From: Antedon mediterranea
Lineage: Eukaryota; Animalia; Echinodermata
Direction of reading: 5' to 3'
Length of the DNA stretch: 64,000 nt
Assembly: GCF_964355755.1 (NCBI RefSeq)
Contig: NC_092677.1
Coordinates: forward strand, 21,191,175-21,255,174
Below, piece after piece: positions 40,316 through 53,669 of the stretch. The notes below the pieces were generated by a model that worked only from the letters and a program-made list of their open reading frames with translations, had not been told where the DNA came from and did not search any database. The stretch's first letter is position 1. The number at the start of each line of letters is the position of its first letter. The position numbers and the translations under genes were made by a program.

Positions 40316-41974
40316 CTTAAAATCACATTTTGAGCATTTCGTTAAAACTTTTCACACAAAAACATCAAAGTCCACAAAATAGCTTAATATCGTATTTAAA
40401 AACGTTTTAGACCTTTTTGAGCATTTCGAAAAAACTTTTCCACACAAAACATCAAAGTTTACAAAATAGCTTTAAATCGCATTTGGAGACGTTTTAGACC
40501 ATTTTGTTCATTTCGATGAAACAAAAACACAAAAACATCAAATTGCACAAAATGGCTTAATATGATATGGGAAAACGTTTTAGACCATTTTGAACATTTC
40601 GTTAAAAGTTTTCACAAAAAAACATCAAAGTCCACAAAATAGCTTAATATCGTATTTAAAAACGTTTTAGGCCATTTTGAGCATTTCGAAAAAACTTTTT
40701 CACACAAAACATCAAAGTTTACAAAATAGCTTCAAATCGCATTTGGAGACGTTTTAGACCATTTTGTGATTTTCAAAAAAACTTGTTAACATAAAAACAC
40801 CAAAGTGCTCAGAATACCTTCAAATCGCATTTTGAGACGTTTTAGACCATTTTGTGATTTTCGAAAAAACTTGTTAACATAAAAACACCAAAGTGCTCAG
40901 AATACCTTCAAATCGTGTTTTGAGACGTTTTAGACCATTTTGTGATTTTGGAAAAACTTGTTAACATAAAAACACCAAAGTGCTCAGAATACCTTCAAAT
41001 CGCATTTGGAGACGTTTTAGACCATTTTGTGATTTTCGAAAAAACTTGTTAACATAAAAACACCAAAGTGCTCAGAAAAGCTTCAAATCGCAATTGGAGA
41101 CGTTTTAAACCATTTTGTTCATTTCGATGAAACTTGGTTACACAAAAACATCAAATTGCACAAAATGGCTTAATATGGTATGGGAAAACGTTTTAGACCA
41201 TTTTGAACATTTCGAGAAAACTTTTTCACACAAAACTTCAAAGTGTACAGAATAGCTTCAAATCGCATTAGAAACCGTTTTAGACCATTTTGAGCATTTC
41301 GAAAAAACTTTTTCACACAAAACATCAAAGTTTACAAAATAGCTTCAAATCGCATTTGGAGACGTTTTAGACCATTTTGTGATTTTCGAAAAAACTTGTT
41401 AACATAAAAACACCAAAGTGCTCAGAATACCTTCAAATCGCATTTTGAGACGTTTTAGACCATTTTATGATTTTCGAAAAAACTTGTTAACATAAAAATA
41501 CCAAAGTGCTCAGAATACCTTCAAATCGTGTTTTGAGACGTTTTAGACCATTTTGTGATTTTCGAAAAAACTTAACATAAAAACACCAAAGTGCTCAGAA
41601 TACCTTCAAATCGCATTTGGAGACGTTTTAGACCATTTTGTGATTTTGGAAAAAACTTGTTAACATAAAAACACCAAAGTGCTTAGAAAAGCTTCAAATC
41701 GCATTTGGAGACGTTTTAGACCCTTTTGTGCATTTCGATGAAACTTGGTTACACAAAAACATCAAAGTGCTTAAAATCACAGTAGAAACCGTTTTAGACC
41801 ATTTTGAGCATTTCGTTAAAATTTTTCACAGAAAAACATCAAAGAGCAAAAAATAGCTTAATATCGTATTTAAAAACGTTTTAGACCATTTTGAACATTT
41901 CGACAAAACTTTTTCACACAAAACATCAAAGTGTACAGATAAGCTTCAAATCGCATTTGGAGACGTTTTAAACC

Positions 41975-44900
41975 ATTTTGAGCATTTCGATAAAATTTTA
42001 CACACAAAAACATCAAAGTGCACAAAATAGCTTAATATGGTATTTAAAAACGTTTTAGACCATTTTGAGCATTTCAACAAAACTTTTTCTCACAAAACAT
42101 CAAAGTGTACAGAATAGCTTCAAATCGCATTTGGAGACGTTTTAGACCATTTTGTGCATTTCGATGAAACTTGGTTACACAAAAACATCAAAGTGCTTAA
42201 AATCACATTTTGAGCATTTCGTTAAAACTTTTCACACAAAAACATCAAAGTCCACAAAATAGCTTAATATCTTATTTAAAAACGTTTTAGACCATTTTGA
42301 GCATTTCGAAAAAACTTTTTCACACAAAACATCAAAGTTTACAAAATAGCTTCAAATCGCATTTGGAGACGTTTTAGACCATTTTGTGATTTTCGAAAAA
42401 ACTTGTTAACATAAAAACACCAAAGTGCTCAGAATACCTTCAAATCGCATTTGGAGACGTTTTAGACCATTTTGTGATTTTCGAAAAAACTTGTTAACAT
42501 AAAAACACCAAAGTGCTTAGAAAAGCTTCAAATCACATTTGGAGATGTTTTAGACCATTTTGTGCATTTCGATGAAACTTGGTTACACAAAAACATCAAA
42601 GTGCTTAAAATCACATTTTGAGCATTTCGTTAAAACTTTTCACACAAAAACATCAAAGTCCACAAAATAGCTTAATATCGTATTTAAAAACGTTTTAGAC
42701 CATTTTGAGCATTTCGAAAAAACTTTTCCACACAAAACATCAAAGTTTACAAAATAGCTTCAAATCGCATTTGGAGACGTTTTAGACCATTTTGTGATTT
42801 TCGAAAAAACTTGTTAACATAAAAACACCAAAGTGCTCAGAATACCTTCAAATCGTGTTTTGAGACGTTTTAGACCATTTTGTAATTTTCGAAAAAACTT
42901 GTTAACATAAAAACACCAAAGTGCTCAGAATACCTTCACATCGCATTTTGAGACGTTTTAGACCATTTTGTGATTTTCGAAAAAACTTGTTAACATAAAA
43001 ACACCAAAGTGCTTAGAAAAGCTTGAAATCGCATTTGGAGACGTTTTAGACCATTTTGTGCATTTCGATGAAACTTGGTTACACAAAAACATCAAAGTGC
43101 TTAAAATCACATTTTGAGCATTTCGTTAAAACTTTTCACACAAAAACATCAAAGAGTAATAAATAGCTTAATATCGTATTTAAAAACGTTTTAGACCATT
43201 TTGAGCATTTCGACAAAATTTTTTCAAACAAAACATCAAAGTGTACAGAATAGCTTTAAATCGCATTTGGAGACGTTTTAGACCATTTTGTTCATTTCGA
43301 TGAAACAAAAACACAAAAACATCAAATTGCACAAAATGGCTTAATATGATATGGGAAAACGTTTTAGACCATTTTGAACATTTCGTTAAAAGTTTTCACA
43401 CAAAAACATCAAAGTCCACAAAATAGCTTAATATCGTATTTAAAAACGTTTTAGACCATTTTGAGCATTTCGAAAAAACTTTTTCACACAAAACATCAAA
43501 GTTTACAAAATAGCTTCAAATCGCATTTTGAGACGTTTTAGACCATTTTGTGATTTTCGAAAAAACTTGTTAACATAAAAACACCAAAGTGCTCAGAATA
43601 CCTTCAAATCGCATTTTGAGACGTTTTAGACCATTTTGTGATTTTCGAAAAAACTTGTTAACATAAAAACACCAAAGTGCTCAGAATACCTTCAAATCGC
43701 ATTTGGAGACGTTTTAGACCATTTTGTGATTTTCGTAAAAACTTGTTAACATAAAAACACCAAAGTGCTTAGAAAAGTTTCAAATCGCATTTGGAGACGT
43801 TTTAGACCATTTTGTTCATTTCGATGAAACTTGGTTACACAAAAACATCAAATTGCACAAAATGGCTTAATATGGTATGGGAAAACGTTTTAGACCATTT
43901 TGAACATTTCGAGAAAACTTTTTCACACAAAACTTCAAAGTGTACAGAATAGCTTCAAATCGCATTAGAAACCGTTTTAGACCATTTTGAGCATTTCGAA
44001 AAAACTTTTTCACACAAAACATCAAAGTTTACAAAATAGCTTCAAATCACATTTGGAGACGTTTTAGACCATTTTGTGATTTTCAAAAAAACTTGTTAAC
44101 ATAAAAACACCAAAGTGCTCAGAATACCTTCAAATCGCATTTTGAGACGTTTTAGACCATTTTGTGATTTTCGGAAAAACTTGTTAACATAAAAACACCA
44201 AAGTGCTCAGAATACCTTTAAATCGTATTTTGAGACGTTTTAGACAATTTTGTGATTTTCGAAAAAACTTGTTAACATAAAAACACCAAAGTGCTTAGAA
44301 AAGCTTCAAATCGCATTTGGAGACGTTTTAGACCATTTTGTGCATTTCGATGAAACTTGGTTACACAAAAACATCAAAGTGTACAGAATAGCTTCAAATC
44401 GCATTAGAAACCGTTTTAGACCATTTTGAGCATTTCGAAAAAACTTTTTCACACAAAACATCAAAGTGTACAAAATAGCTTCAAATCGCATTTGGAGACG
44501 TTTTAGACAATTTTGTGATTTTCGAAAAAACTTGTTTACATAAAAACACCAAAGTGCTCAGAATAGCTTCCAATCGCATTTTGAGACGTTTTAGACCCTT
44601 TTGTGCATTTCGATGAAACTTGGTTACACAAAAACATAAAAGTGCTTAAAATCACAGTAGAAACCGTTTTAGACCATTTTGAGCATTTCGTTAAAATTTT
44701 TCACAGAAAAACATCAAAGAGCAAAAAATAGCTTAATATCGTATTTAAAAACGTTTTAGACCATTTTGAGCATTTCGACAAAACTTTTTCACACAAAACA
44801 TCAAAGTGTACAGATAAGCTTCAAATCGCATTTGGAGACGTTTTAAACCATTTTGAGCATTTCGATAAAATTTTACACACAAAAACATCAAAGTGCACAA

Positions 44901-47900
44901 AATAGCTTAATATGGTATTTAAAAACGTTTTAGACCATTTTGAGCATTTCAACAAAACTTTTTCTCACAAAACATCAAAGTGTACAGAATAGCTTCAAAT
45001 CGCATTTGGAGATGTTTTAGACCATTTTGTGCATTTCGATGAAATTTGGTTACACAAAAACATCAAAGTGCTTAAATTCACATTTTGAGCATTTCGTTAA
45101 AACTTTTCACACAAAAACATCAAAGTCCACAAAATAGCTTAATATCGTATTTAAAAACGTTTTAGACCATTTTGAGAATTTCGAAAAAACTTTTTCACAC
45201 AAAACATCAAAGTTTACAAAATAGCTTCAAATCGCATTTGGAGACGTTTTAGACCATTTTGTGATTTTCGAAAAAACTTGTTAACATAAAAACACCAAAG
45301 TGCTCAGAATACCTTCAAATCGCATTTGGAGACGTTTTAGACCATTTTGTGATTTTCGAAAAAACTTGTTAACATAAAAACACCAAAGTGCTTAGAAAAG
45401 TTTCAAATCGCATTTGGAGACGTTTTAGACCATTTTTTGCATTTCGATGAAACTTGGTTACACAAAAACATCAAAGTGCTTAAAATCACATTTTGAGCAT
45501 TTCGTTAAAACTTTTCACACAAAAACATCAAAGTCCACAAAATAGCTTAATATCGTATTTAAAAACGTTTTAGACCATTTTGAGCATTTCGAAAAAACTT
45601 TTCCACACAAAACATCAAAGTTTACAAAATAGCTTCAAATCGCATTTGGAGACGTTTTAGACCATTTTGTGATTTTCGAAAAAACTTGTTAACATAAAAA
45701 CACCAAAGTGCTCAGAATACCTTCAAATCGTGTTTTGAGACGTTTTAGACCATTTTGTAATTTTCGAAAAAACTTGTTAACATAAAAACACCAAAGTGCT
45801 CAGAATACCTTCACATCGCATTTTGAGACGTTTTAGACCATTTTGTGATTTTCGAAAAAACTTGTTAACATAAAAACACCAAAGTGCTTAGAAAAGCTTG
45901 AAATCGCATTTGGAGACGTTTTAGACCATTTTGTGCATTTCGATGAAACTTGGTTACACAAAAACATCAAAGTGCTTAAAATCACATTAGAAACCGTTTT
46001 AGACCATTTTGAGCATTTCGTTAAAACTTTTCACACAAAAACATCAAAGTCCACAAAATAGCTTAATATCGTATTTAAAAACGTTTTAGACCATTTTGAG
46101 CATTTCGAAAAAACTTTTCCACACAAAACATCAAAGTTTACAAAATAGCTTCAAATCGCATTTGGAGACGTTTTAGACCATTTTGTGATTTTCGAAAAAA
46201 CTTGTTAACATAAAAACACCAAAGTGCTCAGAATACCTTCAAATCGTATTTTGAGACGTTTTAGACAATTTTGTGATTTTCGAAAAAACTTGTTAACATA
46301 AAAACACCAAAGTGCTTAGAAAAGCTTCATATCGCATTTGGAGACGTTTTAGACCATTTTGTGCATTTCGATGAAACTTGGTTACACAAAAACATCAAAG
46401 TGCTTAAAATCACATTTTGAGCATTTCGTTAAAACTTTTCACACAAAAACATCAAAGAGCAAAAAATAGCTTAATATCGTATTTAAAAACGTTTTAGACC
46501 ATTTTGAGCATTTCGACAAAACTTTTTCACACAAAACATCAAAGTGTACAAAATAGCTTCAAATCGCATTTGGAGACGTTTTAGACAATTTTGTGATTTT
46601 CGAAAAAACTTGTTTACATAAAAACACCAAAGTGCTAAGAATAGCTTCCAATCGCATTTGGAGACGTTTTAGACCCTTTTGTGCATTTCGATGAAACTTG
46701 GTTACACAAAAACATCAAAGTGCTTAAAATCACATTAGAAACCGTTTTAGAACATTTTGAGCATTTCGTTAAAATTTTTCACAGAAAAACATCAAAGAGC
46801 AAAAAATAGCTTAATATCGTATTTAAAAACGTTTTAGACCATTTTGAGCATTTCGACAAAACTTTTTCACACAAAACAACAAAGTGTACAGAATAGCTTC
46901 AAATCGCATTTGGAGACGTTTTAACCCATTTTGAGCATTTCGATAAAATTTTACACACAAAAACATCAAAGTGCACAAAATAGCTTAATATGGTATTTAA
47001 AAACGTTTTAGACCATTTTGAGCATTTCAACAAAACTTTTTCTCACAAAACATCAAAGTGTACAGAATAGCTTCAAATCGCATTTGGAGACGTTTTAGAC
47101 CATTTTGTGCATTTCGATGAAACTTGGTTACACAAAAACATCAAAGTGCTTAAAATCACATTTTGAGCATTTCGTTAAAACTTTTCACACAAAAACATCA
47201 AAGTCCACAAAATAGCTTAATATCGTATTTAAAAACGTTTTAGACCATTTTGAGCATTTCGAAAAAACTTTTCCACACAAAACATCAAAGTTTACAAAAT
47301 AGCTTCAAATCGCATTTGGAGACGTTTTAGACCATTTTGTGATTTTCGAAAAAACTTGTTAACATAAAAACACCAAAGTGCTCAGAATACCTTCAAATCG
47401 CATTTGGAGACGTTTTAGACCCTTTTGTGCATTTCGATGAAACTTGGTTACACAAAAACATCAAAGTGCTTAAAATCACATTAGAAACCGTTTTAGACCA
47501 TTTTGAGCATTTCGATAAAATTTTTCACAGAAAAACATCAAAGAGCAAAAAATAGCTTAATATCGTATTTAAAAACGTTTTAGACCATTTTGAGCATTTC
47601 GACAAAACTTTTTCACACAAAACATCAAAGTGTACAGAATAGCTTCAAATCGCATTTGGAGACGTTTTAACCCATTTTGAGCATTTCGATAAAATTTTAC
47701 ACACAAAAACATCAAAGTGCACAAAATAGCTTAATATGGTATTTAAAAACGTTTTAGACCATTTTGAGCATTTCAACAAAACTTTTTCTCACAAAACATC
47801 AAAGTGTACAGAATAGCTTCAAATCGCATTTGGAGACGTTTTAGACCATTTTGTGCATTTCGATGAAACTTGGTTACACAAAAACATCAAAGTGCTTAAA

Positions 47901-50900
47901 ATCACATTTTGAGCATTTCGTTAAAACTTTTCACACAAAAACATCAAAGTCCACAAAATAGCTTAATATCTTATTTAAAAACGTTTTAGACCATTTTGAG
48001 CATTTCGAAAAAACTTTTCCACACAAAACATCAAAGTTTACAAAATAGCTTCAAATCGCATTTGGAGACGTTTTAGACCATTTTGTGACTTTCGAAAAAA
48101 CTTGTTAACATAAAAACACCAAAGTGCTCAGAATACCTTCAAATCGCATTTGGAGACGTTTTAGACCATTTTGTGATTTTCGAAAAAACTTTTTAACATA
48201 AAAACACCAAAGTGCTTAGAAAAGCTTCAAATCGCATTTGGAGATGTTTTAGACCATTTTGTGCATTTCGATGAAACTTGGTTACACAAAAACATCAAAG
48301 TGCTTAAAATCACATTTTGAGCATTTCGTTAAAACTTTTCACACAAAAACATCAAAGTCCACAAAATAGCTTAATATCGTATTTAAAAACGTTTTAGACC
48401 ATTTTGAGCATTTCGAAAAAACTTTTCCACAGAAAACATCAAAGTTTACAAAATAGCTTCAAATCGCATTTGGAGACGTTTTAGACCATTTTGTGATTTT
48501 CGAAAAAACTTGTTAACATAAAAACACCAAAGTGCTCAGAATACCTTCAAATCGTGTTTTGAGACGTTTTAGACCATTTTGTAATTTTCGAAAAAACTTG
48601 TTAACATAAAAACACCAAAGTGCTCAGAATACCTTCACATCGCATTTTGAGACGTTTTAGACCATTTTGTGATTTTCGAAAAAACTTGTTAACATAAAAA
48701 CACCAAAGTGCTTAGAAAAGCTTGAAATCGCATTTGGAGACGTTTTAGACCATTTTGTGCATTTCGATGAAACTTGGTTACACAAAAACATCAAAGTGCT
48801 TAAAATCACATTTTGAGCATTTCGTTAAAACTTTTCACACAAAAACATCAAAGAGTAATAAATAGCTTAATATCGTATTTAAAAACGTTTTAGACCATTT
48901 TGAGCATTTCGACAAAATTTTTTCAAACAAAACATCAAAGTGTACAGAATAGCTTTAAATCGCATTTGGAGACGTTTTAGACCATTTTGTTCATTTCGAT
49001 GAAACAAAAACACAAAAACATCAAATTGCACAAAATGGCTTAATATGATATGGGAAAACGTTTTAGACCATTTTGAACATTTCGTTAAAAGTTTTCACAC
49101 AAAAACATCAAAGTCCACAAAATAGCTTAATATCGTATTTAAAAACGTTTTAGACCATTTTGAGCATTTCGAAAAAACTTTTTCACACAAAACATCAAAG
49201 TTTACAAAATAGCTTCAAATCGCATTTGGAGACGTTTTAGACCATTTTGTGATTTTCGAAAAAACTTGTTAACATAAAAACACCAAAGTGCTCAGAATAC
49301 CTTCAAATCGCATTTTGAGACGTTTTAGACCATTTTGTGATTTTCGAAAAAACTTGTTAACATAAAAACACCAAAGTGCTCAGAATACCTTCAAATCGCA
49401 TTTGGAGACGTTTTAGACCATTTTGTGATTTTCGTAAAAACTTGTTAACATAAAAACACCAAAGTGCTTAGAAAAGTTTCAAATCGCATTTGGAGACGTT
49501 TTAGACCATTTTGTTCATTTCGATGAAACTTGGTTACACAAAAACATCAAATTGCACAAAATGGCTTAATATGGTATGGGAAAACGTTTTAGACCATTTT
49601 GAACATTTCGAGAAAACTTTTTCACACAAAACTTCAAAGTGTACAGAATAGCTTCAAATCGCATTAGAAACCGTTTTAGACCATTTTGAGCATTTCGAAA
49701 AAACTTTTTCACACAAAACATCAAAGTTTACAAAATAGCTTCAAATCACATTTGGAGACGTTTTAGACCATTTTGTGATTTTCAAAAAAACTTGTTAACA
49801 TAAAAACACCAAAGTGCTCAGGATACCTTCAAATCGCATTTTGAGACGTTTTAGACCATTTTGTGATTTTCGGAAAAACTTGTTAACATAAAAACACCAA
49901 AGTGCTCAGAATACCTTCAAATCGTATTTTGAGACGTTTTAGACAATTTTGTGATTTTCGAAAAAACTTGTTAACATAAAAACACCAAAGTGCTTAGAAA
50001 AGCTTCAAATAGCATTTGGAGACGTTTTAGACCATTTTGTGCATTTCGATGAAACTTGGTTACACAAAAACATCAAAGTGTACAGAATAGCTTCAAATCG
50101 CATTAGAAACCGTTTTAGACCATTTTGAGCATTTCGAAAAAACTTTTTCACACAAAACATCAAAGTGTACAAAATAGCTTCAAATCGCATTTGGAGACGT
50201 TTTAGACAATTTTGTGATTTTCGAAAAAACTTGTTTACATAAAAACACCAAAGTGCTCAGAATAGCTTCCAATCGCATTTTGAGACGTTTTAGACCCTTT
50301 TGTGCATTTCGATGAAACTTGGTTACACAAAAACATCAAAGTGCTTAAAATCACAGTAGAAACCGTTTTAGACCATTTTGAGCATTTCGTTAAAATTTTT
50401 CACAGAAAAACATCAAAGAGCAAAAAATAGCTTAATATCGTATTTAAAAACGTTTTAGACCATTTTGAGCATTTCGACAAAACTTTTTCACACAAAACAT
50501 CAAAGTGTACAGATAAGCTTCAAATCGCATTTGGAGACGTTTTAAACCATTTTGAGCATTTCGATAAAATTTTACACACAAAAACATCAAAGTGCACAAA
50601 ATAGCTTAATATGGTATTTAAAAACGTTTTAGACCATTTTGAGCATTTCAACAAAACTTTTTCTCACAAAACATCAAAGTGTACAGAATAGCTTCAAATC
50701 GCATTTGGAGACGTTTTAGACCATTTTGTGCATTTCGATGAAACTTGGTTACACAAAAACATCAAAGTGCTTAAATTCACATTTTGAGAATTTCGTTAAA
50801 ACTTTTCACACAAAAACATCAAAGTCCACAAAATAGCTTAATATCGTATTTAAAAACGTTTTAGACCATTTTGAGAATTTCGAAAAAACTTTTTCACACA

Positions 50901-53669
50901 AAACATCAAAGTTTACAAAATAGCTTCAAATCGCATTTGGAGACGTTTTAGACCATTTTGTGATTTTCGAAAAAACTTGTTAACATAAAAACACCAAAGT
51001 GCTCAGAATACCTTCAAATCGCATTTGGAGACGTTTTAGACCATTTTGTGATTTTCGAAAAAACTTGTTAACATAAAAACACCAAAGTGCTTAGAAAAGC
51101 TTCAAATCGCATTTGGAGACGTTTTAGACCATTTTTTGCATTTCGATGAAACTTGGTTACACAAAAACATCAAAGTGCTTAAAATCACATTTTGAGCATT
51201 TCGTTAAAACTTTTCACACAAAAACATCAAAGTCCACAAAATAGCTTAATATCGTATTTAAAAACGTTTTAGACCATTTTGAGCATTTCGAAAAAACTTT
51301 TCCACACAAAACATCAAAGTTTACAAAATAGCTTCAAATCGCATTTGGAGACGTTTTAGACCATTTTGTGATTTTCGAAAAAACTTGTTAACATAAAAAC
51401 ACCAAAGTGCTCAGAATACCTTCAAATCGTGTTTTGAGACGTTTTAGACCATTTTGTAATTTTCGAAAAAACTTGTTAACATAAAAACACCAAAGTGCTC
51501 AGAAAACCTTCACATCGCATTTTGAGACGTTTTAGACCATTTTGTGATTTTCGAAAAAACTTGTTAACATAAAAACACCAAAGTGCTTAGAAAAGCTTGA
51601 AATCGCATTTGGAGACGTTTTAGACCATTTTGTGCATTTCGATGAAACTTGGTTACACAAAAACATCAAAGTGCTTAAAATCACATTAGAAACCGTTTTA
51701 GACCATTTTGAGCATTTCGTTAAAGCTTTTCACACAAAAACATCAAAGTCCACAAAATAGCTTAATATCGTATTTAAAAACGTTTTAGACCATTTTGAGC
51801 ATTTCGAAAAAACTTTTCCACACAAAACATCAAAGTTTACAAAATAGCTTCAAATCGCATTTGGAGACGTTTTAGACCATTTTGTGATTTTCGAAAAAAC
51901 TTGTTAACATAAAAACACCAAAGTGCTCAGAATACCTTCAAATCGTATTTTGAGACGTTTTAGACAATTTTGTGATTTTCGAAAAAACTTGTTAACATAA
52001 AAACACCAAAGTGCTTAGAAAAGCTTCATATCGCATTTGGAGACGTTTTAGACCATTTTGTGCATTTCGATGAAACTTGGTTACACAAAAACATCAAAGT
52101 GCTTAAAATCACTTTTTGAGCATTTCGTTAAAACTTTTCACACAAAAACATCAAAGAGCAAAAAATAGCTTAATATCGTATTTAAAAACGTTTTAGACCA
52201 TTTTGAGCATTTCGACAAAACTTTTTCACACAAAACATCAAAGTGTACAAAATAGCTTCAAATCGCATTTGGAGACGTTTTAGACAATTTTGTGATTTTC
52301 GAAAAAACTTGTTTACATAAAAACACCAAAGTGCTAAGAATAGCTTCCAATCGCATTTGGAGACGTTTTAGACCCTTTTGTGCATTTCGATGAAACTTGG
52401 TTACACAAAAACATCAAAGTGCTTAAAATCACATTAGAAACCGTTTTAGAACATTTTGAGCATTTCGTTAAAATTTTTCACAGAAAAACATCAAAGAGCA
52501 AAAAATAGCTTAATATCGTATTTAAAAACGTTTTAGACCATTTTGAGCATTTCGACAAAACTTTTTCACACAAAACAACAAAGTGTACAGAATAGCTTCA
52601 AATCGCATTTGGAGACGTTTTAACCCATTTTGAGCATTTCGATAAAATTTTACACACAAAAACATCAAAGTGCACAAAATAGCTTAATATGGTATTTAAA
52701 AACGTTTTAGACCATTTTGAGCATTTCAACAAAACTTTTTCTCACAAAACATCAAAGTGTACAGAATAGCTTCAAATCGCATTTGGAGACGTTTTAGACC
52801 ATTTTGTGCATTTCGATGAAACTTGGTTACACAAAAACATCAAAGTGCTTAAAATCACATTTTGAGCATTTCGTTAAAACTTTTCACACAAAAACATCAA
52901 AGTCCACAAAATAGCTTAATATCGTATTTAAAAACGTTATAGACCATTTTGAGCATTTCGAAAAAACTTTTCCACACAAAACATCAAAGTTTACAAAATA
53001 GCTTCAAATCGCATTTGGAGACGTTTTAGACCATTTTGTGATTTTCGAAAAAACTTGTTAACATAAAAACACCAAAGTGCTCAGAATACCTTCAAATCGC
53101 ATTTGGAGACGTTTTAGACCCTTTTGTGCATTTCGATGAAACTTGGTTACACAAAAACATCAAAGTGCTTAAAATCACATTAGAAACCGTTTTAGACCAT
53201 TTTGAGCATTTCGTTAAAATTTTTCACAGAAAAACATCAAAGAGCAAAAAATAGCTTAATATCGTATTTAAAAACGTTTTAGACCATTTTGAGCATTTCG
53301 ACAAAACTTTTTCACACAAAACATCAAAGTGTACAGAATAGCTTCAAATCGCATTTGGAGACGTTTTAACCCATTTTGAGAATTTCGATAAAATTTTACA
53401 CACAAAAACATCAAAGTGCACAAAATAGCTTAATATGGTATTTAAAAACGTTTTAGACCATTTTGAGCATTTCAACAAAACTTTTTCTCACAAAACATCA
53501 AAGTGTACAGAATAGCTTCAAATCGCATTTGGAGACGTTTTAGACCATTTTGTGCATTTCGATGAAACTTGGTTACACAAAAACATCAAAGTGCTTAAAA
53601 TCACATTTTGAGCATTTCGTTAAAACTTTTACCACAAAAACATCAAAGTCCACAAAATAGCTTAATATC
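41975..53669 (+). repeat. Tandem duplication, unit 5699 bp, with scattered substitutions between copies
   Basis: Markers at offset 5699: 42272/47971 (TCTTATT), 42546/48245 (GAGATG), 43227/48926 (TTCAAAC), 45077/50776 (TAAATTC), 46330/52029 (TTCATATC). ORFs at 44306 and 50005. Confidence 0.92.
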
